Shown here piece by piece: positions 19,501 to 25,367 of a stretch of 34,312 bases of DNA. Both the position numbers and the translations under genes were made by a program. Each line of letters opens with the position of its first letter. The stretch's first letter is position 1. Origin of the DNA: Candidatus Bathyarchaeia archaeon (lineage in GTDB: Archaea > Thermoproteota > Bathyarchaeia > Bathyarchaeales > Bathycorpusculaceae); contig JBEKWR010000020.1 in assembly GCA_049512935.1 (NCBI GenBank), positions 1 to 34,312 on the forward strand, in the 5' to 3' direction. The notes beneath the pieces are model-generated. The model was not told where the DNA came from. It searched no databases and saw nothing but the letters and a program-made list of their open reading frames with translations.

Positions 19501-19899
19501 ACTGTCAGAAGTTGTATAATAGTAAGTGACATAAAACTGGCGGTAATAGGTGGGATCCAGAACTGTATCAGAACTTGCGGTTCCGCTCAAAGTCGCATTA
19601 TTCGTCTGCCAACGCACTAAACTGTTGGCGTAAGCGGGATTGGAGATTGACCATGAACTACCGGGTGAGACATCATAGGTTGTTGGGCTGGTAGTTAAGG
19701 AAACAACCTGAGCACCAGTGTTATAATCAACATAGGTGAAAGTCGGCGCGGTAGTTGGAGTTGAACTGTCAGCCACCGAGTAGCTTACGGTGAAATTATA
19801 ACCTGCAGTAGCTTTTACTTGATTTACACATAGATAACTGATTGAGAATAGAGCTATTGTTAAAACCAATATTGTTAAGATTTTCATGTTTTTTTGCAT
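7567..19899 (-). CDS. Giant (4110-aa) secreted, C-terminally anchored repeat surface (glyco)protein, adhesin-like
   Basis: Signal peptide; 40 units delimited by YY[HN]Q[YF] with W.D.G and ERW motifs; two InlB-B/Flg_new-like domains; FTTHFSTH domain; PT linker; TM helix followed by RRRKK; S/T/Y/G-rich. Confidence 0.9.
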   Translation of the reverse strand: MQKNMKILTILVLTIALFSISYLCVNQVKATAGYNFTVSYSVADSSTPTTAPTFTYVDYNTGAQVVSLTTSPTTYDVSPGSSWSISNPAYANSLVRWQTNNATLSGTASSDTVLDPTYYRQFYVTYYYTTSDSSTPSPAPRFSGYQYGVKTPFSFTASSQSVWLDATTQYSFDDPIYTPSLTEQWAVTNPATASGIVTGPITVTPEYWHQYYLTLSYSTSDNTALYGSPAVTFTADQFGLPVVTTLSTSTVNVWYDASSSGTAYSVTPVSVTGGSSDRYQLAPGANEGPITSAATLNFEYYHQYPVSLGYTTIDSSSITNGLEVGQYYQFGSLVTFDSAGTSGAGSLGSVWVDASTVSTPYSVYFYDVTASSGTERWFLVGGTTEYSISSSQTLTQAGYYHQYEIYFYYATNDNTAIPNGIVIGSYYQFGNTENIASTGNYYGFWGACNPYNDWVDAGTQITFSTVTAGSGVERWALSAGTESFSANTAYATTDYAWGTGFYHQYIVSFGYTTNDDSPLASQSDLVAYTQFGSTLYLSTDGSGVLSLSSDWADAGTAVTYVSPISINANERYKIAPADAGTNTVIVSVGSGAVTANPLYYHQVQNTFTVTGISGSDSVALTGTYFGTGSSTIVTLNTGNGWSTTAWSDYGYAVTFPATSTESTGSERWAIPSTASTGALTAGGGTYSEAYTHQFLVSFGYTTNDDSPLASQSDLVAYTQFGSTLYLSTDGSGVLSLSSDWADAGTAVTYVSPVSISVSERYKITLSDSGLNTVISSVGTGAVTANPEYYHQFMVNFGYTTVDSSNIESGHVIGHYYQFATLLTISSAAGGAVTPTSDWVNAGVNNIAYITVTATSTTERWALPSTYYINVQGSGSIGEPNYYHQYYVTFAYTTQDLSAIANNLAIGTFYQFGAPAGTIYATGVYGVATPTGGGWVDEGTGVRFNTAVATSGTEQWALVTSPDLTLTVTSAGTTTEEGYYHQFAFTLSYSTSDGSSATAPTLTSTQFGGAYTPTLTGTPTAYWLDNSKSWSVTNPLTGSTGSEQWATNQVVSGTVSATQTTAYLYYHQFMIDFGYTTSDNTKIQGTLNQGLRIGAYDQFGLSTSIYSAPGSGYGVTSPASDWVDSNSVTSTGTVTYLTSVSDSNTERWGLTSPDTTYVTGSTSITESGYVHQFLVSFGYTTNDLSPITNQNDMVTYTQFSNPMYLSTDGSGTLFLTSDWADAGTSVTYVSPIPIGLVGTEQYIITSGDSGINTVISSVGAGSMTANPEYYHQFSVIFQYSVTDGSPSAPTAYYTQFGVSQTVVAATDQHVIEWVDAGTSVSYDNPISASGTERWQADYTVSGGESVIVSSVSGSTLNIDPLYYHQFLVTFTYSVINGGLPADAPYAYFTQFGLSDNIQATGATAWVDNGSPITYDNPVADSTSSQRWQMDLSIDIYGQSLIGTISSSGTVNPGYYNQYSVTFGYSTQDGSYVPSGIIGQYSQFGSWYLITSDGAGAVSPSAATWVDAGSGNIAYHLLTASSTEHWATNTMIGGVDYQDVVGTGAYIESYYHQYLVTFTYYTSDSSSVTPPAVVYYQFGSAVIGNHATGFQDWADAASSVYYANPISISGTERYMVNLPVSVGYSVVDTVNGANYINPEYYHQYYVTLSYTTDDGSTIWDSSASSNLAIGYYMQFGSSVTLYSNPSDTYGVTSAGTTWLDAGYGNVWFGSAVASSGTEQWALVSDTPYSGYAGTYCNVLSSAPITESGYYHQYYIYFGYSTQDGSYTPLYTIIGSYTQFGSTQSITSFYGTVYGSSYYGFWWTEEGTGDWVDAAGSVSYYTITSGNERWALPPSAGTDTFSGVDLGPGYSVTGNYYDQMYVSFGYSVVNDITTPITSGNQIGSYYQFGSSTGVIDSTGTYGATSLGSDWVDIGSGTVSYSTWTNGANTERWALSTGTNNYDVTTSTTSVTESNYYHQFMITFGYTTKDGSTIFNYGNVPIGYYSQFGSSVTLSSAWWIGYGHTYTWSDGQYDQDWVDVGSNTVTYATYTNGGERWALSPSPQSYSVAPVAPTTTIIQTGYYHQFLVSFTYTTNDDTPIANQANMVTYTQFGNTMYLSTDNLGVLSMPSDWADINTAVLYNSPIMISSTERYMINAADVSTHIVIASVNAGAMTADPFYYHQFVITFGYASVNDIVNAIPSGNLIGSYYQFGSNAGNTILSGITYGSATPASAWVDTGSATVSYTTWTNGANTERWALLAGTNNYPVSSSVTIAEQNYYHQFKITFGYSVSNDASSVPSGLVIGNYTWFGNAEPITSTGVGNGVLPSVGTWVDAGARKVDYQTVTATSGTERWALINSPQNHDVTSAGTLAQTSYYHQYEVSALYSTSDGSTPYQAVILSGTAFGAPSTLTLTTTSQNTWFDINTGWSFNNPIAGAASTERWICTSSNSGTVTSYTVLTPLFYHQYQVSATYSTSDDSTPTYSVMLSGTQSGNPFTLVLTTSTQNAWLDAATAWSVNNPITASSTEQWIATSGTSGTVSSSTAVAPLYYHQYSVSMQYTTSDGSTPSNPVSLSGTQSGSPISVTLTTSIQNVWLDVNSAWSVNNPITASSTEQWIATSGTSGWVYSFTAIDPYYYHQYKVAMSYSTSDGSTPSATVTLSGTQSGNAAFTVTLTTTVQNVWLDATTAWSVNNPITASTTQQWIATSGASGTVSSSTAVAPLYYHQYWVSMNYLTSDLSTPSASVVLSGTQSGNPLTVTLTTTPQRAWLDAATAWSVNNPITASSTEQWIATSGTSGTVTVTLVVAPLYYHQYTATASYSTSDSSTPYSSVVLSGTQSGNTGFTLTLTTSPQTVWLDATTAWSVNNPITAGTQRWDASSGTSGTVTSATTIAPLYYHQYQLTLQYNIANTPAGSPTTTNIVSYTTFGGSATATPALSPATSSQVWADAGTAVTYTSPIVAISGTERWMVTSADSGAYTAVPSVTAASTVNPSYYHQYKASASYSTTDSSTPFSNVVLSGTQFGNSLFTLTLTTTPQAVWLDAGSAWSVNNPINSGNQRWDATSGTSGTISGAATISPNYYHQFLVVFEYTVSGGASGSSAPTAYYTRFGVAQTMTATTGNSANDWVDAGTTVSYTNPLTGSTSSERWQTNLAISSGKSTVSASVGPVTSPINPTYYNQFNEMLSYSTSDSSTPSSIPAFTANQFGSPTAQSLTTTSSPYWFDAGSTWSMTNPIVAGSGTERWQTVQAYTGVLSYTNVVTIAPLYYHQFLMTLEYNIANTPAGSPTVTNIVSYTTFGGAATATPATAPTSKVWADAGSAVKYSSPIVSGSERWIVTSADSGMYTAVSSVTAAATVNPSYYNQFQLTLEYSIANSPPGSPTVTNIVSYTSFGSGQDATPTLAPTATSTAWADAGSAVKYSSPIVSGSERWIVTSADSGTYTAVSSVTAAMVVNPSYYHQFQLTLEYSIANSPAGSPTVTGIVSYTTFGGAATATPTLAPTATSTVWADAGSPVNYNSPIISGSERWMVTSADTGTYTAVSSVTAAAIVNPSYYNQFAVTLSYSVSGGGSPTAPTLTSKAFGVAYTPTLTGTATAYWLDNSATWSVTNPLTGSGNTERWQTSQTVSGTVSAAQTTSFKYYNQYLLTLEYSISNTPAGSPTVTNIVSYTSFGTAGLTATPTLAPTATTTVWADAASAVKYNSPIVSGTERWMVTSGDSGTYTAVSSASASATVNPTYYNQYQISASYSTSDSSTPSASVVLSSTQFGSTSYTLALTTTAQSVWLDAGASWTTNSPIVSGSQQWIASSGTSGTIASGVTVTPVYAHQYQVTFNVSPSGGGSISPSGTQWETVGSVSVTASPNTGYSFSSLSSPTLTVANPTSTSSLVTINGAGTVTANFAVITYPITVTQSSNGAISPASTTVNYGGSKTFSIVPNAGYYISDVQVNGSSVGSPSSYTFRNVYAGQTITASFAPISASAVFTVSATLTSTNTVYSIQVTGNATLSNLTITPYPGNSTTAVTFTITGQDGTTGFINMTLPKSVIPFGTYPIVYIDGQVAPNQGYSQDGSNYYVWFTTHFSTHQVEIEFTTTPPVTPSPTPAPTPVALYYVTIIVVIVVVVIVATVLLIRRRKKSHPAVVEQ
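9641..10029. repeat. Intragenic direct repeat, 101 bp (9641-9741 and 9929-10029)
   Basis: One mismatch; offset 288 bp = 96 codons. Confidence 0.85.
11600..12444. repeat. Intragenic direct repeat, 68 bp (11600-11667 and 12377-12444; partial third copy about 12119-12176)
   Basis: Two identical 68-bp copies; offset 777 bp = 259 codons. Confidence 0.85.
17644..18381. repeat. Intragenic direct repeat, 171 bp (17644-17814 and 18211-18381)
   Basis: Seven differences by eye and identical encoded peptide; offset 567 bp = 189 codons. Confidence 0.9.
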
Positions 19900-19902
19900 T
19901 TT

Positions 19903-20079
19903 TTAATCCTCTTCCTTTTTGTTTAATTTGTAACTGTTTTGTTTGTTATCGAAACTTAATCTAAGTCTACCGAGAGGTGAGACGCTCATGAGGGAAGCTG
20001 TCAGGGAAAAATTGTTGTTAAAGATGTTCTGGGTTGAAATTGTTTCCAAAATTTCTGAAGCGCTATTGTCCCTTCTCAT
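19903..20079 (-). other. 58-codon uORF within the structured leader of the giant gene
   Basis: Open from ATG 20079 to TAA 19903, ending 3 nt before the giant gene ATG; GAGGT upstream; translation unproven. Confidence 0.35.
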
Positions 20080-20135
20080 CGCTCGTCATACCTCTTAGCA
20101 TGTAACTGTTTGGATGGCTCTTATCTTAAAAGTAG

Positions 20136-20144
20136 TATATAAAA
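20136..20144 (-). promoter_or_regulatory. TATA box for the giant gene (implies a ~200-nt leader)
   Basis: TTTTATATA on the minus strand; strongest TATA-like element in the interval. Confidence 0.5.
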
Positions 20145-20354
20145 TATGTGGATGAAAGATACAGGGAAATTTGATGAATTCTATAATGAAACAAGTACGT
20201 AATATTCTCTATAAATATCATTCATGGAATTTGATTATACATTTGATACATCAGTATCTACCAAAAGCTGAAGCTTGCTTGCTTGCTACTAGCTAAACCG
20301 ACCGCTGGCGGATGTAGAAAAATAACATTTTTATGTTAAAAAATCTGGGCTCCG

Positions 20355-20562
20355 CTCTATGCAGACACCATAATGAATCGATTTTATGACGTTTTATGCG
20401 TAAAAGAAGCATCAGGCAGGCCGAAACATGGGTGCAGCTTGCTTGGTTGCCTATTTAGTTTCACATCGAGATGGATCAGTATGTGCAACTTCTTTTTACC
20501 TGTTCTTTGGAGTCATAGAAATCCTGACAACCTTGGCCATTGTCTGGTACGCGTGGAAGTGG
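20355..20562 (+). pseudogene. Decayed membrane-protein gene remnant (DUF6326-like)
   Basis: LYAD.I in one frame and YLFFGVIEILTTLAIVWYAWKW in another, resembling the N- and C-terminal motifs of that family as recalled; not searched. Confidence 0.45.
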
Positions 20563-20683
20563 CTCATAACGCGCGCTATAACCGAAAACCCTAAATCAAG
20601 ACCCGCTGTATTAACTTATGTCACTGTGGCTGACAAAATGTGTCGCTGGGGCTGACAAAATCAGTAGCTGCAGGTGTTTTGGA

Positions 20684-22660
20684 GTGTCTAAAGACAGACG
20701 TATCACGGAGATTTCGCGTGGCGCACTAAATAGAGACATCACCTATCACAAAAAAGCGGAGTTAGCGATAGCTAGTTCTGGAGAGAATTTTAAGGCTTAT
20801 GTTGAGTATTCTCCTGTTGCAGTTTTTGTGGCTAATTCCGAGGGAAAATATGAGTATGTAAATGAAGCTGCTTCTAAGCTGACTGGTTATTCCAAAGAAG
20901 AATTGTTAACAATGAGTATACCACAATTACTCTTCAATGTAGCCGAAGGTCTCAAGAAATTTGGTGAAGTTAAGGAAACAGGTCGGTTTTTGAGCGAGAT
21001 AGCTTTGAAGAAAAAAGATGGACTACCTGTTTATGTTATTTTGAACTCTATAAAATTGCCCGATGGGACATTCATTGCTTTCTGCGAAAATGTCACTGAA
21101 CGAAAAAAAACTGAAGCTGCACTAAGAGTGTCAGAAGCGAAATTGCGGAGTATTGTTGAAAATTCAAGCGACCAGATATTCATGATAGATAGGACCTTAA
21201 AGTATTTATTTGTAAACAAGGTCTTGGCAGATATTTTAGGAAAGCATCCTGAAGATATTATTGGCAAGTCAATATTTGAAGTGTATCCTGTGGAAACTGC
21301 GGATCAATTCTCAAGTAATACCAATAACGTATTCGCCACTGGCAAAAGCATGTTGCTTGAAGAAAAAATGGTTATTAACAATCAAGAATCGTATATCAGT
21401 TCCAGCTTGAATCCTATCCTAGATGCTGAAGGAAATGTGATAGCAGTTACCGGGATTGTTAGAGACGTAACTGAACGCAAGAAAACAGAAAAAGCGTTGC
21501 AGGAGAGCGAAGAAAGATTTAGAGTAATCTTTGAGGGAGCAAACGACGGCATTCTTGTTGCTGATGTTAAAACACAGAGATTTGTTCTTGCAAATCCCCA
21601 AATGTGCGAAATGGTGGGGTACCCACTTGAAGATTTGCTCAAGATGAGTTTGCCTGACATTCATCCCAAAGAAAGTCTGGCTTATGTTGTTGATCAGTTC
21701 AAAAGAAGTGCGAATAAGGAACTACTTCTTGCCAAAGACATTCCTCTTCTCAGATCGGATAAACAAATAGTTTATTGTGAAGTTAGTTCGAAGCTCTTAG
21801 AAATCTGGAAACAGCAATGTTTGGTAGGATTCTTTAGGGATGTCACGGAACGAAAGAAAGCGGAAAAAAAATTGGATGATTCTTATCGCGCGCTTGAGAA
21901 ACAGCTGAGCGAGATAAGCATGCTGCAAAAAGAACTGGAAAATGCCAATAAACTCCTTGGGCAGTCAAACGTTGACTTGGAGAACTACACCTATGTGGTG
22001 TCCCACGATTTGAAGGCACCTCTACGTGCCATCAGATCTTTCAGCGCATTCATTCTTGAAGACTATAACGAAAAACTCGATGAAACGGGAAAAGACTACT
22101 TCCAAAGAATTATCGATGCCTCAACGCGCATGGACGCACTGATCGAAAACCTGCTGCTTCTCTCAAGAGTTGGACGCAAATTCATGGAAGTCGAGACAGT
22201 TGACCTAAACCAGCTTTTAGAAGAGATTGCGACAGACCTCGAACCAACGCTTAAGAAAAACAATGGAAAGATTGTCTTCCACAATCTCCCAAAAGTCACT
22301 ATTCCGAGAACTTGGATGAAACAAATCTTCATGAACCTGATAGATAACGGGCTGAAGTTCAATAAATCAAAGACGCCGACAGTCGAAGTAACATGTGAAG
22401 ACAGGGACACAGAACTTCTGTTTAAGGTGTCTGACAATGGCATAGGCGTTGAAGAGAAGTATTTTGACCGGTTGTTCACTCTTTTCGAAAGGTTGCATAC
22501 CCAAGAAGAATACCCCGGAACAGGAGCGGGATTAGCCATATGCAAGAAGATAGTCCAACAGTTTGGTGGCAGAATCTGGATTGAAAGCCAAGTAGGCAAA
22601 GGCTCCACCTTCTTTTTCACTCTGTCAAAAAACAAAAATCCCACGTTGGGAGCCAGCTGA
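20684..22660 (+). CDS. Cytoplasmic sensor histidine kinase with three PAS domains
   Basis: Three PAS/PAC units ending [DN]VTERKK; H-box SHDLKAPLR; NLIDNGLKF, DNGIG, GAGLAICK, GKGSTF; GTG start at 20684 after AGGTG SD (ORF track starts at 20618). Confidence 0.93.
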   Translation: MSKDRRITEISRGALNRDITYHKKAELAIASSGENFKAYVEYSPVAVFVANSEGKYEYVNEAASKLTGYSKEELLTMSIPQLLFNVAEGLKKFGEVKETGRFLSEIALKKKDGLPVYVILNSIKLPDGTFIAFCENVTERKKTEAALRVSEAKLRSIVENSSDQIFMIDRTLKYLFVNKVLADILGKHPEDIIGKSIFEVYPVETADQFSSNTNNVFATGKSMLLEEKMVINNQESYISSSLNPILDAEGNVIAVTGIVRDVTERKKTEKALQESEERFRVIFEGANDGILVADVKTQRFVLANPQMCEMVGYPLEDLLKMSLPDIHPKESLAYVVDQFKRSANKELLLAKDIPLLRSDKQIVYCEVSSKLLEIWKQQCLVGFFRDVTERKKAEKKLDDSYRALEKQLSEISMLQKELENANKLLGQSNVDLENYTYVVSHDLKAPLRAIRSFSAFILEDYNEKLDETGKDYFQRIIDASTRMDALIENLLLLSRVGRKFMEVETVDLNQLLEEIATDLEPTLKKNNGKIVFHNLPKVTIPRTWMKQIFMNLIDNGLKFNKSKTPTVEVTCEDRDTELLFKVSDNGIGVEEKYFDRLFTLFERLHTQEEYPGTGAGLAICKKIVQQFGGRIWIESQVGKGSTFFFTLSKNKNPTLGAS

Positions 22661-22662
22661 AT

Positions 22663-23121
22663 ATGTTGCCAAGCACGAACTCACATTACATGCTACCGGA
22701 ATACCCAATTCTCTTGGTGGAAGACAACCCAGACGACGTTTTGATAACTGAGAGAGCTATGGCAAAAGGCCGAATAAGAAACAAACTGTACATAGTGCAT
22801 GACGGCGAAGAGGCTCTTGACTTTTTCAAGAAACAGGGAAAATACAAAGACGCTCCTACGCCGACTCTTGTTCTGTTAGACCTGAAAATGCCGAAACTTG
22901 ATGGCTTCGAGGTGTTAAGAGAGGTAAAAAGCGATGAAAAACTCAAGAGCATACCGATAATAGTGTTAACCTCTTCTGAGAGAGACAAAGACATAGACCT
23001 CGCCTACAAGCTTGGCTGCAACAGCTACATTATGAAACCTGTGAATTTTGACAACTTCATTAAGACCATAATATCGATAAAGTATTATTGGCTGACAATT
23101 TCGAAGATACCTATGCCCTAA
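22663..23121 (+). CDS. Single-domain response regulator, Rcp1-like
   Basis: LLVEDNPDD, LLDLKMP, LTSS, NSYIMKPV and the C-terminal YW signature. Confidence 0.92.
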   Translation: MLPSTNSHYMLPEYPILLVEDNPDDVLITERAMAKGRIRNKLYIVHDGEEALDFFKKQGKYKDAPTPTLVLLDLKMPKLDGFEVLREVKSDEKLKSIPIIVLTSSERDKDIDLAYKLGCNSYIMKPVNFDNFIKTIISIKYYWLTISKIPMP

Positions 23122-23136
23122 AAAAACATTTTAAAA

Positions 23137-24048
23137 ATGAGAAATAGTGAGACGAGAAAAAACTTGAAACTCCGTATTCTGTATGTCGAAGATGATCCGA
23201 ACGATCAGTTGATCATGAAACATGCGCTAGAGAAAAATCTGCCAATCGACTTCGACTTGACGACAGCGAGTACTGGCCAAGAGGGTTTAAGCGAGGTTGA
23301 AAAGAAAAAATTTGATTTGTTACTGCTTGACTACATGTTGCCAGCCATGAGCGGTATAGAACTCCTTAACGAGTTGCAGAAACGTAAAGTTCACACGCCA
23401 ATAATTTTTGTCACTAGCAAAGGTAGCGAGAAAATAGCAGTTGAAGCTATAAAACTCGGCGTTATTGATTATATCGTCAAAGACGAGATCGGCACGAACC
23501 GTCTGATCAATAGCATAATGGAAATAGTAGGCACACGCACTAAGTCGACTAAGGATTTTGACAAAAAATTCATCTTCTACATAGTGTTCGCCGTTGTTTA
23601 CGGATTTGTTTTCATCAATTATATCGATGTGCTTTCAGGGGGCTATGGAGGGTACCACCTTTGGCTTGTTATCATGTATTTTTTCCCATTCGCCACCCTG
23701 TCAATGTTCTTTCCCAGAAACTTTGAATTAACCGTGGGGCTGGGGCTTATTGTGTCGCTTATGAACGACGTGTTCTATGGGGTTGTTAGAAACCTGATGG
23801 GGTTCCCTTATGATTTAACGCGGTATTATCATAATTGGCTCATTCCAGGCAATGCCACTCTGTTTCAGTTAAATCTCGGTTTCGTAGTTATGCCTGTCTT
23901 TTCATGGATGATGGCGCTCTCCATCTACATTAGAATAATCGCTATATTCATCCTGTTAAGAATATGGAACGTTCAAGGAAAAATCAGATACCTAAACCAA
24001 GCACAAATAATAAAAAAGGATAAGAAAGGTACAGTAGCAAACTTGTAA
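23137..24048 (+). CDS. Receiver domain fused to a multi-pass membrane domain
   Basis: ILYVEDD, LLDYMLP, FVTS, DYIVK, then about 4 hydrophobic helices with YHLWL and SLMNDVFYG. Confidence 0.85.
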   Translation: MRNSETRKNLKLRILYVEDDPNDQLIMKHALEKNLPIDFDLTTASTGQEGLSEVEKKKFDLLLLDYMLPAMSGIELLNELQKRKVHTPIIFVTSKGSEKIAVEAIKLGVIDYIVKDEIGTNRLINSIMEIVGTRTKSTKDFDKKFIFYIVFAVVYGFVFINYIDVLSGGYGGYHLWLVIMYFFPFATLSMFFPRNFELTVGLGLIVSLMNDVFYGVVRNLMGFPYDLTRYYHNWLIPGNATLFQLNLGFVVMPVFSWMMALSIYIRIIAIFILLRIWNVQGKIRYLNQAQIIKKDKKGTVANL

Positions 24049-24418
24049 AAAGCCAAAACTCAACTTTCTGTAGAAGAATATAGGTCAAAGTCTTGGCACA
24101 CTGATTTGGGCTCTAAACCAAAAAAAACAACCCAAAGCTACCCCTACAAACAACCCGCCCACCCAGGGATGGGGTCTAGTATTTGTGGTCAGATTCCATC
24201 ACAAAAATGAAGCATGTGGACTCGCTGCAAATCAACGCGCGACCCTATAGGGTAGGCTACTATTAGTGACAAAAATCAACCACAAAAAGCGCCATGCAAA
24301 GCCAGCGACCCTCAGCCGCCCCGCCCTCACCCGCCATTCACAACCAAAAAGCAACGCAAAAAGCGGGACAGCCAAGGGCCAGGGTCGGTACTAAAATTTT
24401 TTATACTCACATTAACCA

Positions 24419-25000
24419 ATGTACCAGCAAGAGAGTGCAAGTTCGTTGTCCACCGGAACCGGGAGCATGCAAGCCTTAAGCAACATCAACTCGGCAAACT
24501 ATGAACCGACCAAAACAATCGGCTTAACAGCAGACACACACATACCCAAAAGAGCACTCACCACCCCAAAACGCGTCCTAGAAATCTTCCAAAACGCCGA
24601 CTACATCATACACGCCGGCGACCTCGTAGAGCTGTCAGTCATCGACGAACTCGAGCAAGCTGCACCTGTCCTCGCGGTCCACGGCAACATGGACAGCCTT
24701 GAAACCTGCGACGCCTTACCCGTGCTTAACTCCCTCAAAGTCTTCGACTGGAAAATCGGCGTTATGCATGACCCAGAAGTTCTAAACGGCTCAGAAAAAA
24801 TGAAGCAGATCGCCAAGGAAATGGGGTTTAACGTTTTCGTTTACGGGCACACGCACGCGCCCAGAATCAAGTGGGAAGGCGAAATCCTCTTCATCAACCC
24901 TGGAAGCCCAACTGACCCAGCGTCTTTCCTCAACAAACCGTCGGTAGGGTTGCTTACGGTAACCAAGACGGTGATAACGCCGCAGATAATCAACCTTTAA
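24419..25000 (+). CDS. Metallophosphoesterase, YfcE/MJ0936 family
   Basis: DTH, HAGD, GNMD, H, GHTH, NPGS motifs; the start may be the ATG at 24467. Confidence 0.9.
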   Translation: MYQQESASSLSTGTGSMQALSNINSANYEPTKTIGLTADTHIPKRALTTPKRVLEIFQNADYIIHAGDLVELSVIDELEQAAPVLAVHGNMDSLETCDALPVLNSLKVFDWKIGVMHDPEVLNGSEKMKQIAKEMGFNVFVYGHTHAPRIKWEGEILFINPGSPTDPASFLNKPSVGLLTVTKTVITPQIINL

Positions 25001-25143
25001 CCCAGCAGGACAAGCCAATAAAGAAAGACGTAGAGGGCAACTCCTAAAGGCAACGCGGCAAACCAAAGCGCCATCGCGGCAGCCACAAACTTTTTCCTGC
25101 CCCCGAAAAACTTTGCAGGGCATAAATCTTCACTTTCACTCAC
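24997..25143 (-). CDS. 48-aa single-TM microprotein
   Basis: GTG start after GGGGAGGG; RKK followed by a hydrophobic C-terminal helix (ORF track extends to 25191). Confidence 0.55.
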   Translation of the reverse strand: MSESEDLCPAKFFGGRKKFVAAAMALWFAALPLGVALYVFLYWLVLLG

Positions 25144-25223
25144 CCCTCCCCTGCAGCAAACGGCAGTTTCAGCAGCTGCCTTAAAAGGCAAAACACCGAA
25201 AAACGACCTTCAGAGGAAAAAAC

Positions 25224-25361
25224 ATGGAACATTGTAAAAACCCTTGGAAAGACGACTGCAAAAACGAAAACATCAAACTGTACATTCAGATAAAAGGCGA
25301 AAAACTGCCAATATGCCAACAGTGCTGGAACAAGATAGCAGACCAAGAGCACGAGTGGTGA
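25224..25361 (+). CDS. 45-aa Cys4 zinc-finger microprotein MEHCKNPWKDDCKNENIKLYIQIKGEKLPICQQCWNKIADQEHEW
   Basis: GAGGA SD, ATG, C-x7-C...C-x2-C; ends 6 nt before the next gene; below the ORF-track cutoff. Confidence 0.8.
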   Translation: MEHCKNPWKDDCKNENIKLYIQIKGEKLPICQQCWNKIADQEHEW

Positions 25362-25367
25362 ACCGGC

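Noticed and set aside
7567-19899. Diversity-generating retroelement acting on the near-identical repeats
   Set aside because: No reverse transcriptase in the window; differences are mostly synonymous rather than adenine-specific, and all copies are in-frame coding
19929-20111. MITE with an 11-bp target-site duplication
   Set aside because: The inverted arms are imperfect and not adjacent to the direct repeats; no transposase nearby
24100-24400. Replication origin or CRISPR remnant
   Set aside because: No ORB consensus, no cdc6, and no regularly spaced repeats
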